DNA of 34,789 nucleotides. It comes from Silvanigrellaceae bacterium. Its GTDB lineage: Bacteria > Bdellovibrionota_B > Oligoflexia > Silvanigrellales > Silvanigrellaceae. The stretch is taken from positions 1 to 34,789 of the forward strand of contig JBMSQQ010000031.1 of the NCBI GenBank assembly GCA_049423385.1, written 5' to 3'. A model generated the notes under the pieces. It was not told the origin of the DNA and ran no database searches. It saw only the letters and a program-made list of their open reading frames with translations. The position numbers were made by a program, and so were the translations under genes. The number at the start of each line of letters is the position of its first letter. The stretch's first letter is position 1. Shown in pieces: positions 9,724 through 18,780 of the stretch.

Positions 9724-11280
9724 ATGTCAGCACTTCAGGCGATTATCGCCGATCAAGAGATCCACTCGCAGGCTTCGCTGTTCCAGTCAAAAAATCCAGC
9801 CAATCTTGAAGATATTGTTGGAACATATTCAAATTCCGACATCGATATTTGTCGCAGCGCCTGTAAAACGGCACGCGACGCGCTGGATGCTTGGTCAAAC
9901 ACACCAGCACCCGTGCGTGCCTCAGTCCTGCAAAACTTCGCGCGCCTCCTCGAAATCAACAAAACAGCCTTGGCACAGTTGGTCACCCGAGAAATGGGAA
10001 AGCCATTCAGGGAAGCGCTGGGGGACGTTCAGGAAGCAGTGGACACATGCTATTTTTTCATTTCGGAAGGCCGAAGACTTTATGGTCAAACAATCCCGAG
10101 CGAAATGCCAAACAAGGAACTGTTCACCTACCGACGACCGGTTGGAGTTTTTGCATGCATAACGGCCGGTAACTTTCCAGTTGCTGTTCCCTCCTGGTAT
10201 TTTGTGCCTGCGCTGTTGTGCGGTAATACCTGTGTCTGGAAGCCCTCCGAGGACACACCAGAAACTTCTCTCGCATTCTACAAGCTTCTGAAGGCTGCAG
10301 GAGTGCCAAAAGGTGTATTCAATATCGTTCTCGGCGAAGGCACAACCACCGGCGCTGCACTGATTCAATTGGTCGATGAAGGTCTGATAGATAAGGTTGG
10401 CTTCACCGGAAGCACGACAGTTGGCCGCAGAATCGGAGAGATTTGTGGCCGGAATCTGCAGACTCCCTGTCTGGAGCTCGGCGGCAAAAACCCTTTGGTC
10501 GTTGCACCCGACGCGAATCTGGACTCCGCGCTTCACGGTGTCCTCTGGGCAGCTTTCGGTACCGCAGGGCAGCGCTGCACATCACTTGGCAACCTGATCC
10601 TCCACAAATCCGTCAAGGATTCGTTTTTGAAGCGACTTATGGAAAAGCTTTCAGAAATTGAGATTGGCGATCCAAAATCAACAAAGACGTTTTACGGTCC
10701 TCTGATCAGCAGCAAATTTTTAGAGAGTCACCTTGCAAACCTGCGGACCCTCGTGAAACCACACCACAAGCTTCTGACGAGCAAAAATGGCAAGATAATG
10801 GCTACTGGGGACTGGAAAAATTTTACCGGGGACGCCTCGAAAGGTCTCTATGCCTTTCCAAGCATCGTCGACAACGTCCAACAAGACGATGAAATCTATT
10901 CAACCGAAACCTTTGGTCCACTCATAAACGTCATGCAATATGAGACTTTGGACGAGGCAATTCAATTGGCCAACGCGACGGGATACGGCTTGAGTTCATC
11001 CATTTACACGAGCAGCATGGACAGCGCCTATCAGTTCAAAACGCGCATTCGCGCGGGCATGACAAGTATCAACAACAGCACAACGGGCGCAGAAGCGCAT
11101 CTTCCTTTTGGTGGAAATGGGAAAAGTGGAAACGGAAGCCGCCAGTCGGGAATTTGGGTTCTTGATCAGTTCACCCGTTGGCAGGCGGTCAATTGGGACC
11201 TGAGCGGAAAACTTCAGCTCGCACAGATGGACACTGGGTATATTTCACCCAGTGACGTTATTTTGCCCACACAATTTTGA
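9724..11280 (+). CDS. NAD(P)-dependent aldehyde dehydrogenase
   Basis: GNFP, WKPSE, GFTGST, LELGGKNP, AGQRCTS (catalytic Cys), ETFGP and PFGG. Strong SD AGGAGG. Confidence 0.95.
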   Translation: MSALQAIIADQEIHSQASLFQSKNPANLEDIVGTYSNSDIDICRSACKTARDALDAWSNTPAPVRASVLQNFARLLEINKTALAQLVTREMGKPFREALGDVQEAVDTCYFFISEGRRLYGQTIPSEMPNKELFTYRRPVGVFACITAGNFPVAVPSWYFVPALLCGNTCVWKPSEDTPETSLAFYKLLKAAGVPKGVFNIVLGEGTTTGAALIQLVDEGLIDKVGFTGSTTVGRRIGEICGRNLQTPCLELGGKNPLVVAPDANLDSALHGVLWAAFGTAGQRCTSLGNLILHKSVKDSFLKRLMEKLSEIEIGDPKSTKTFYGPLISSKFLESHLANLRTLVKPHHKLLTSKNGKIMATGDWKNFTGDASKGLYAFPSIVDNVQQDDEIYSTETFGPLINVMQYETLDEAIQLANATGYGLSSSIYTSSMDSAYQFKTRIRAGMTSINNSTTGAEAHLPFGGNGKSGNGSRQSGIWVLDQFTRWQAVNWDLSGKLQLAQMDTGYISPSDVILPTQF

Positions 11281-11360
11281 ACACAGGGCTGCATTTCCTA
11301 GTGGACTGATTTGTACTCCCGCCGGTTACTCTGGAATTGAGTCGCCGTCGGGAGATTTTC

Positions 11361-14300
11361 ATGGACGTATCCTCATCTATTGAGACATATCTTGGTGCAG
11401 AGATTGAATCCGAAAGATGCAGGTTGATTCCATCTTTGGTTGATTCAAAAGACCCTTGTCTGTCTGCATTGAGACAATGGTCGGTCCTCTCGTTTCTGCC
11501 TTCGCGACTTGAAAAGGTGCAAGTGGCAAGTTCCCTCAGCTTGAGCAAAATGCCCAATGGAAGTTGGACGGTTTGCAGTCACCTGCTGAGGGATCAAGAA
11601 CAGGATGTCGTTGGAAATGCAATCAACTCAATGACACGTTCAAAAGTCAGAGGCTTCGCACATCGTGCGTTCCATTACTTCAAGAGTCCAGAACGTCCTC
11701 AACGCATCCTTTACTGTCTTGCCAGATATTGCGAAGAAGCAGAAGACAGAAGAATTGCAGAACAGCTCGCGCCTACACTCGCTTCGGACTTGTCGGACGC
11801 CTATCTCGCGAGGTCCTTCAATGCGCTTTACAAGCATGGAATAAAAAGTGATGCAGCATTGAAAGTCGCAATGGAACTGGTTGAATCACACATTGATGCG
11901 ACCAACATGGACAGAAAGGCAGCTGTCGCCGCAATCACTTATTTGTTCTTTGCAGGGTCTCGCAGCCAAATATTGGAAATTCAAAGGATTCAGGACAAGG
12001 TGAGCATTCCCGAGCTCCGACGCCTTCTGAATTGGGGATTGCAGGAAATTGCCAATCTTTCAGAACAAAGCAGTCCAGATGAAAAGCAATTTTCATCAAC
12101 TCGATTCTGGAAAAACAATTTGGGTGCGATAAATCCAAACTTCACTGGCTATGGGTGCTTTGAAGCAGATGACCTTGTCTCAGGATTGGATGAGCTGGAC
12201 AAAAACAAAAATCTTCCCAAAAATCCTCAACTGACAGAGAGAGTTCTCAGTCTTGGGGACCTTTCCTGCTCCAACTGGCTCGCAAATCACAAGGAATTTG
12301 GAATCCAGAATGTTTTGGAAAGCGATCCTGTCGCAGTTCAGATCTGGAAAAAGCATGCAACACAGAACTCTGAGGCATTCAGGGATTCGGTCTTGAACTT
12401 CTCGCATTCATCTTTTTGGCACAGTGAAAGCCCCGAATTGCTCGCTCTCGCGCTTCCACCGCTGTTGATCAGAAGTCACTCTTACCTCAAGGCCAACTGG
12501 CTCTCGAAGACGGACTATTGTGACGACAAGCTGGCAATCAACATTCTCCTTGGTTTGTTTCTTGCGATTGAAAATGACGTTTTGAACGAGTCGACTCCAG
12601 AGAGCAATTTTGATGAAACCATCAATGAAATCTGCTCCTGCCTCGCATCTCGTCTGCATAAATCCTCAAAATCGGGAGACAAGACTCATCTTGAAATTTT
12701 GAGCTGCGTCATTGGCACGCCCCTGCGCAACCGAAACATTGCCGACCTTGTCTCGAATTGCACATTGTCGATTGGGTGGTGGGACATTGCACGTGCATTT
12801 CTTCACGAAACACCATCTCAAGACATCGAGTCGGTGCTGAGTCGATTCGACTCGCTTGCAAAACAGCCCCCTGGAGGCTCGTTTGATGAAAAAGAAATAT
12901 TGACTCTCGCGCGCACAACGGCGTTGTCAATCCTCAACGCCAAAAACAACAAGCTCGATGAAAAAACAAAACAGGAACTGAAGAAATTCGCTCAACTGTC
13001 GGAATTTCTTGACCCGAACAGCAACGTGTCCACTCTATCCTCAGACAGTGAAGAAGAAACACAAGAAGGAGAAGAACAGGAAGGAGTTGCCGCAGATTGG
13101 TCTGGACATGCCGTGGTTGATCGGCCAATTGCGCGCTGGGGTGCAATTTTGGAAGTTCAAGTCATTTCCAAGGGCAATCCCGAACAATCGAGCCATGGGT
13201 CGAAAAGCACAATAGAGGAAATGCTCATCGAAGCCATGAGGACTGCAAGCCATGTTGAAAAAAGGTGGATCGCCAGAGCTCTTGCCACTCTTGGATCGGA
13301 CAAAGCAGTCAAGGCGCTTTTGTATCAGGGTCTGCAACACATAGACTCTGAATTTGTGGCCCACACCATTCGTGAGCTGCTCCCATCCGCACACCCTCGT
13401 GCTCAGCAAGCCCTGATCCGCTGTGTTGGAAGAAACGCAATTTCCGACGAGTTGAAGCTTGGAATTCTTGAGGACATGACAATCCACAATCCTGCAGAGA
13501 TACTTCAGGAGCTGAGGACGCTTGAGATTCTCCGCCTGCCACAACATATCGACGATGCCGTCAGGGACGCTGTGGGCCGAGTGGCGGCAATGATTGATGA
13601 AAGTGAATCGATTCAAACCGAAGCCGACCAGGGCAAAATCATTCGAATCAGTGGACAGGACATTGATTCAACCATCCGAAACCTTCTTCCAAATCATGAT
13701 CAACTCAATGTTGATTCCAGGTCTGCATTGCGAACGGCGGAAATGATACTCGTGCAAAGCAAGAGCTGGACTCAGGGCGGCATGGACCTGAGCCCGATCG
13801 TGAATATGCACTGCAAGGCTGTTGAACTTGTATTAAGAGAATCTTTCGAGCCATTTACAGATGCGCTGTTGCGCAGGGGACAGTTGTCCAGAAAATTGGA
13901 TATCCTTGGATACGCACGACCAATTCCGGAAAAAATGCAGGTTTTTGAAGACACACTTGCAAATCTGCCAATCATTAAAACAATTCCCTACTTTTCGAAA
14001 TTCAAATTACGCAAAATGCTCCGTGGTGTCTGCCTGTATCGTCCGGGAAAGCGGTTCACACTCGATGGTCCCAAGGCCTTCGCACTGTTTTTTCTTGTCG
14101 TGTCTAGACAGAGTTGTCCATTCGGTTTGGACAAGATGCTGACTCTCGGCTTTGAAAACGATAAAGACCTCTTCGAATACATCAAACTCATTCATTCCCT
14201 GCAGGACAGCAGAAATCGTGCAGTTCACGAAGGCCTCACCTGGGAGGCAAAAGATGAGATTGAATCCATGCGGGCACAAGCTTTCAAAATTATCGAAATC

Positions 14301-14378
14301 ACGCTCAAGATCAAAAGGCATCTGGTGGCAGGCGACGGCAAGCAGCAAGCGAGTGGCGCAATCGGATTGGGAGCATAA
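11361..14378 (+). CDS. large (~1005 aa) HEAT-repeat-like protein with C-terminal HEPN-like domain
   Basis: Long ORF with SD GGGAG before ATG 11361. HEAT-like helical repeats (e.g. KRWIARALATLGSDKAVKALL), an acidic linker, and C-terminal DLS..KAVE and RNRAVH motifs. The domain call is by eye. Confidence 0.65.
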   Translation: MDVSSSIETYLGAEIESERCRLIPSLVDSKDPCLSALRQWSVLSFLPSRLEKVQVASSLSLSKMPNGSWTVCSHLLRDQEQDVVGNAINSMTRSKVRGFAHRAFHYFKSPERPQRILYCLARYCEEAEDRRIAEQLAPTLASDLSDAYLARSFNALYKHGIKSDAALKVAMELVESHIDATNMDRKAAVAAITYLFFAGSRSQILEIQRIQDKVSIPELRRLLNWGLQEIANLSEQSSPDEKQFSSTRFWKNNLGAINPNFTGYGCFEADDLVSGLDELDKNKNLPKNPQLTERVLSLGDLSCSNWLANHKEFGIQNVLESDPVAVQIWKKHATQNSEAFRDSVLNFSHSSFWHSESPELLALALPPLLIRSHSYLKANWLSKTDYCDDKLAINILLGLFLAIENDVLNESTPESNFDETINEICSCLASRLHKSSKSGDKTHLEILSCVIGTPLRNRNIADLVSNCTLSIGWWDIARAFLHETPSQDIESVLSRFDSLAKQPPGGSFDEKEILTLARTTALSILNAKNNKLDEKTKQELKKFAQLSEFLDPNSNVSTLSSDSEEETQEGEEQEGVAADWSGHAVVDRPIARWGAILEVQVISKGNPEQSSHGSKSTIEEMLIEAMRTASHVEKRWIARALATLGSDKAVKALLYQGLQHIDSEFVAHTIRELLPSAHPRAQQALIRCVGRNAISDELKLGILEDMTIHNPAEILQELRTLEILRLPQHIDDAVRDAVGRVAAMIDESESIQTEADQGKIIRISGQDIDSTIRNLLPNHDQLNVDSRSALRTAEMILVQSKSWTQGGMDLSPIVNMHCKAVELVLRESFEPFTDALLRRGQLSRKLDILGYARPIPEKMQVFEDTLANLPIIKTIPYFSKFKLRKMLRGVCLYRPGKRFTLDGPKAFALFFLVVSRQSCPFGLDKMLTLGFENDKDLFEYIKLIHSLQDSRNRAVHEGLTWEAKDEIESMRAQAFKIIEITLKIKRHLVAGDGKQQASGAIGLGA

Positions 14379-14384
14379 TCGATC

Positions 14385-15308
14385 ATGGGTCTGAGAATAC
14401 AAACCAACATTCAATCGATAAACGCTCAACGCCAATTGGGATTGTCAACGTCACGATTGAATTCCCATATGGAAAAACTCTCAAGCGGCTTTCGCATCAA
14501 CAAGGCTGCCGATGATGCTGCGGGATTGGCCATCAGTGAAAACTTGAGAACAGAAGTTCGAGGAATGCAGCAGGCTCGACGAAATGCCCAGGAGGGAATC
14601 AGCCTCGTCCAGACCGCCGAAGGTGGATTGAACTAAATCACAAACATTCTTTCGCGACTCCGGGAACTCACAGTCCAGTCTGCCAGCGACACGATTGGAC
14701 CGGTCGAGCGTGGTTTTTTGCAAAAAGAATTTGGTTCACTCAAAGAAGAAATCGACCGCATTGCGAATTCTGCCGACTTCAACGGCACGAAGCTCCTCGT
14801 GGGAACGAACCAGTTCCCCATGGAGATTGAGGAGCAAGGCAATACGCCGCCACTGGAAATTCAGGTTGGTACGAATTGGCATCAGATTCTTGATGGCCGG
14901 GAACAAGAAAATCCGGTCAACATTATTCGCATCGATGTCCAAAACATGAACGCCCTGACAGACGGTCCTGGTTCCCTTGACCTCGGGAGTTCCCAAAATC
15001 CGGAGGGAGCACGAATCGACACGAAGGAGTTGGCGCAACTGAGCATGGATAAGATTGATCGCGCGATTGAAAAAGTGAATGGTTACCGTGCAGACCTGGG
15101 CGCGGTCCAAAACCGGCTGCAAAGCGCAGTGAGCAACCTTGGCATTCGAATCGAAAACCTCGACGCGGCCAAGTCACGAATAAAAGATGCTGATTTTGCT
15201 GAGGAAACTGCCGGAATGACCCAGCAACAGATCCTCCAGCAGGCAGGTGTCGCTGTGCTCTCCCAGTCGAACCAGCTGCCCCAATTGGCGCTCAAACTTT
15301 TGGGTTGA
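14385..15308 (+). pseudogene. fliC: flagellin interrupted by an in-frame TAA at 14634-14636 (nonsense allele or sequence error)
   Basis: N-terminal flagellin motifs ([37 protein letters not shown]). After the TAA the same frame continues ITNILSRLRELTVQSASDT and ends in the C-terminal flagellin domain (RADLGAVQNRL, SRIKDADFAEE, QLALKLLG). Confidence 0.9.
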
Positions 15309-15375
15309 ATTGCCCGAGTCTTTCATATAAGACGCCGAACCCTCGAGGAATTTCTCGGGTCTATCTGAGGCGTCA

Positions 15376-16299
15376 ATGTTCTCATCAAACAATACTTCAA
15401 AGATTTTCGTGCGGAATGTCACCGTGCTGGATTGCGCTGTCTGGACCCTCAACAAGGGGCCTGTTGGCAGGTCCTGGTCGGTCGATGTGGAATGGTCTGG
15501 CCAGACCGACTTTGAAGGCGTGGTGATCGATTTTTCGAATGCAAAGAAACTTGCCAAGAAAGTGATTGACGATGAATTTGACCATCGCCTGATCATTTCA
15601 AGCAAGTCCGTGTCCAAGCGGTCCAATGGAAGAATCCTTTGTCTTCCTGCGTTGCACAGTCAACACGAAGACCGCTTTTTGCTCGAAACATACTCTGATT
15701 CTCTTGCAATATTGGACCAAAATATTCTCGAGGAATTGACTCGCGATTCGCTTGGATTGCTCGAGGCCGAAATTGCAAATGCAATTTTGAAAAAATCTCC
15801 GGAAAACGTCAGCAACGTTAAAATTCGCCTCACTCCCCACGCACAGATGACAAGCCCACGCTATTTCAACTACTTGCACAGCCTCAGACTTCACTCGGGG
15901 AACTGTCAACGATTTCATGGTCACTCAAACATCATAGAAGTTTTCAAAAATGACAGTTTGGATGAGAACGCTTCAATAGATGCTGCAAACCTCCTGAACG
16001 GTAAATACCTGATCGCTGACTGCTACTTCAAAACTCCTGAGGATTCTGTCTTGCTTTCCGAGATCGACGCCATCCTCAATGGTTTTGAAATGAACTCCGA
16101 CCAATACACATGGCTTTCGTACGAAGGGACTCAAGGGGTTGTGAATGTTCGTGCTCCGCGCAGCCGCATCATCACGATGCCCTCGGAAAGCACAATTGAA
16201 AACATAGCCTCTTGGCTTTTTCAGAGTCACTTCAATGCCTCTGCCGAGATGAGGGTTGAAGCTTACGAAGGTCATCATAAAGGCGCGATTTTCCCATGA
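15376..16299 (+). CDS. queD: QueD-like 6-carboxytetrahydropterin synthase, long two-domain form
   Basis: Segments GVVIDF..K....D..FDH, H.L..H.GNCQRFHGH (Cys/His metal motif) and STIENIA. Coupled to queE. Confidence 0.75.
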   Translation: MFSSNNTSKIFVRNVTVLDCAVWTLNKGPVGRSWSVDVEWSGQTDFEGVVIDFSNAKKLAKKVIDDEFDHRLIISSKSVSKRSNGRILCLPALHSQHEDRFLLETYSDSLAILDQNILEELTRDSLGLLEAEIANAILKKSPENVSNVKIRLTPHAQMTSPRYFNYLHSLRLHSGNCQRFHGHSNIIEVFKNDSLDENASIDAANLLNGKYLIADCYFKTPEDSVLLSEIDAILNGFEMNSDQYTWLSYEGTQGVVNVRAPRSRIITMPSESTIENIASWLFQSHFNASAEMRVEAYEGHHKGAIFP

Positions 16300-17036
16300 G
16301 CTCCCCAGTCTCTTTGCTGGTGAATGAAATCTATCCCTGTCTGCAGGGAGAGGGAATCAATCTCGGAACACCTTCCATCCTGGTCAGGTTGCAAATCTGC
16401 AACCTCCGCTGCTCATGGTGCGACACGCCATACACCCATACTGCCAAAAGCGATCCTATGGATTCGAACGACAAAAGCAGCAAACAGCGGTTCCAACGGA
16501 TGCTGATTTCAAAAATCGTCGAAGAAATTTCCAGACATTCGACCACACGCCATGTCATATTGTCGGGCGGCGAACCAACTCTTCAGAATTTTTCGTCACT
16601 TCTCGAGCAACTCTCTCAGACGCACTCGATAGAAGTCGAAACAAATGGAACTCAAATTCCTCATCAGCTGCACAGTACTTTTCAGTTCAGTCATTATCGA
16701 ATGGCACAGTGGAATATTTCACCCAAAGGCAGGAACGCGGGAGAAGATGTTGATTTTGAAGCACTGAAGCACTGGGCAGATCTTTCCAGGACTCAAGACA
16801 AAGTCTTCTTCAAGTTTGTTGTCAGACAGAGGCATTGGCAGAACGACGCCGAAGAAATATTCGAAATTTCCGAAAAACTTTCATTGCCCACCGAGAGAAT
16901 ACTGGTCATGGCTGAAGGCACAACTGCCGAGAGTCAGCTCAACAATTCGTGGCTGGAGAAGATTTGCTTGACGCGGGGATGGAGAATGAGTCCCAGGCTT
17001 CACGTCCTGATTCATGGTCCGCGCCGAGGCGTCTGA
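16296..17036 (+). CDS. queE: 7-carboxy-7-deazaguanine synthase (radical SAM)
   Basis: NEIYPCLQGEG, CNLRCSWCDT (CX3CX2C), SGGEP, VETNG, ISPK, KFVV and R.SPRLH. ATGA overlap with queD. Confidence 0.92.
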   Translation: MSSPVSLLVNEIYPCLQGEGINLGTPSILVRLQICNLRCSWCDTPYTHTAKSDPMDSNDKSSKQRFQRMLISKIVEEISRHSTTRHVILSGGEPTLQNFSSLLEQLSQTHSIEVETNGTQIPHQLHSTFQFSHYRMAQWNISPKGRNAGEDVDFEALKHWADLSRTQDKVFFKFVVRQRHWQNDAEEIFEISEKLSLPTERILVMAEGTTAESQLNNSWLEKICLTRGWRMSPRLHVLIHGPRRGV

Positions 17037-17042
17037 CAAGCC

Positions 17043-17642
17043 TCAGGATTCTTCGAAAAGGCTCTCCGGTTTTTTCCAACAGAGACTGTATCGCCTCTGT
17101 TGATCATTGTTCTCGTGGAAAATCGAAACATCAAGGACCCGTCGGGGCTTTTTGCAACCCGTTTGATCGAAAAAGTACGACCAGCCGGATGTTTCGACAT
17201 TCTCCGCCCATTCAATGATGCAGATTGCCTTTGAGTTCAATTCAACTTCGAGACCAAGGTGCAAGAGCTCATCGGCACGCTTGATTCGATAGAGATCAAG
17301 ATGGCAGAGCTTGCGAATCCCGCTTGCCCCCTGCTCATTCTCAATAACGTTGACGATTGCATATGTTGGGCTGCTGACTTTCTGGACAAAACCCAGCGAA
17401 GAAGCAATTTTCTGAGTCAATGTGGTTTTTCCGGCTCCAAGATCACCACTCAACAACAACCAATCGCCAGGCATCAAACTTTGTGAAATTGCCAAAACGA
17501 GCGGTTCAATGTCAGCCAATGCACAATCGAATGTGAATTCAACTCCGGACAGGAGCGACCGCTGAATTTCTTCCTTTAAAAAATCAGACATTCCAAAGCC
17601 CAACTCCGGCTGAGAATCAAAAAGGTTCCACGACTTTTTCAT
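17043..17642 (-). CDS. tsaE: t6A biosynthesis ATPase TsaE
   Basis: GDLGAGKTT, VSSPTY, HLDLYR and IIEWA motifs. Start position uncertain. Confidence 0.93.
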   Translation of the reverse strand: MKKSWNLFDSQPELGFGMSDFLKEEIQRSLLSGVEFTFDCALADIEPLVLAISQSLMPGDWLLLSGDLGAGKTTLTQKIASSLGFVQKVSSPTYAIVNVIENEQGASGIRKLCHLDLYRIKRADELLHLGLEVELNSKAICIIEWAENVETSGWSYFFDQTGCKKPRRVLDVSIFHENNDQQRRYSLCWKKPESLFEES

Positions 17643-18753
17643 GCTTCAAAAACGAACTGAGCAAGGCAGCAACACGGGACGCGGTTTCAGCACCTGGTGC
17701 ACTTTCCAATTTCGCCCTGAAGTCGTCTTTTCTTTCGCGAAGTTGCCCAACAAGCGAGATGATCTTCTCCCTGGACAACTCTTCTTCATTGCACCAGACC
17801 GCCCAGCCCTTGTCCGCAAAAATCTTGGCATTGATAATCTGGTCGCCGCGACTCTGATGAAGTCCGAGTGGGATGAGAATCATGGGCACCCGAGCTGCCG
17901 CCAACTCGAATATGGAACTCGCTCCTGCCCTGCAGATTGCAGCATCCGCAAGCGCATAGGCCAGCGACATTTCCGCCGAAAGAAATTCATATTGCCGATA
18001 GTTGACCAGGTTCGAAACCTGGAAGCCCTTTCCCTTGCCAACGATGTGAACAACGTTCCAATTGCCATCGAGGTCTGCAGCTGCATTCGCAAATTTCTTG
18101 TTGAGTGCTTCGGCACCAAGACTCCCACCAAATACGAGCAAAGTGGGTAGATTGTTTTCGAATCCAAAAAACTTTCGCGCCTCATCCTTGTTTCTCGCAA
18201 ACAGTTCCGACCGCAGCGGAATTCCCGAAACACGAACCTTCTTTTTATAACGCTCAGGTATCCACTTGAGAGTCTCGGCAAAAGACACCAACGCACGATG
18301 GGCAAACGGCAAAGTCAGTTTCGTGGCCAATGCCGGAGTCGCGTCGGACTCATGAATCACAACGGGAACCCGATTCAACCATGCTGCCCAAACAACAGGC
18401 GCAGAAACAAATCCTCCCTTCGAGAATACACAACGAATCTTGTACTTCCTGATCCAAAACACAGCAGAAAGAAAGCCAATCACAATATTGAAGGGATCAA
18501 GAAAATTCTGAACGCTGAAATAACGTCTCAGCTTTCCGGTTCGGATTCCAACGTAAGTCCAATCGGGTTTGTTTTTAAAGACAAGGTCGCGCTCAAGGCC
18601 GAGTTTGCTGCCAAAGTAGTAAACTTTAATCTGACCTGAGTTGACCAATGGCATCAGCGGTGAATCCTTGTTTGACACTACCGCAAAGTGAGGAAGTACG
18701 TGACCAGCAGTGCCTCCGCCGGTCAGGCCCAACGCCACGCTTTCATTAGCCAT
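17617..18753 (-). CDS. murG: undecaprenyldiphospho-muramoylpentapeptide beta-N-acetylglucosaminyltransferase
   Basis: TGGGTAGHV, GKLRRY, KGGFVS.P, HESD, GGSLGA, RAGA and DQ..NA motifs. ATG 18753 with SD GAGGTGG. Confidence 0.95.
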   Translation of the reverse strand: MANESVALGLTGGGTAGHVLPHFAVVSNKDSPLMPLVNSGQIKVYYFGSKLGLERDLVFKNKPDWTYVGIRTGKLRRYFSVQNFLDPFNIVIGFLSAVFWIRKYKIRCVFSKGGFVSAPVVWAAWLNRVPVVIHESDATPALATKLTLPFAHRALVSFAETLKWIPERYKKKVRVSGIPLRSELFARNKDEARKFFGFENNLPTLLVFGGSLGAEALNKKFANAAADLDGNWNVVHIVGKGKGFQVSNLVNYRQYEFLSAEMSLAYALADAAICRAGASSIFELAAARVPMILIPLGLHQSRGDQIINAKIFADKGWAVWCNEEELSREKIISLVGQLRERKDDFRAKLESAPGAETASRVAALLSSFLKHEKVVEPF

Positions 18754-18780
18754 GTTCCACCTCTTCAAGACTTTCGGAAT

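Noticed and set aside
14634..14636. Stop-codon reassignment as the explanation for the flagellin TAA
   Set aside because: TAA ends other genes in this window (speE, the HEAT-HEPN gene, gshB), and no other gene shows internal stops.
15376..17036. queD/queE as part of a dpd 7-deazaguanine DNA-modification defence island
   Set aside because: No dpdA/tgt-like, dpdB/C or helicase genes nearby; ordinary queuosine synthesis is the simpler reading.
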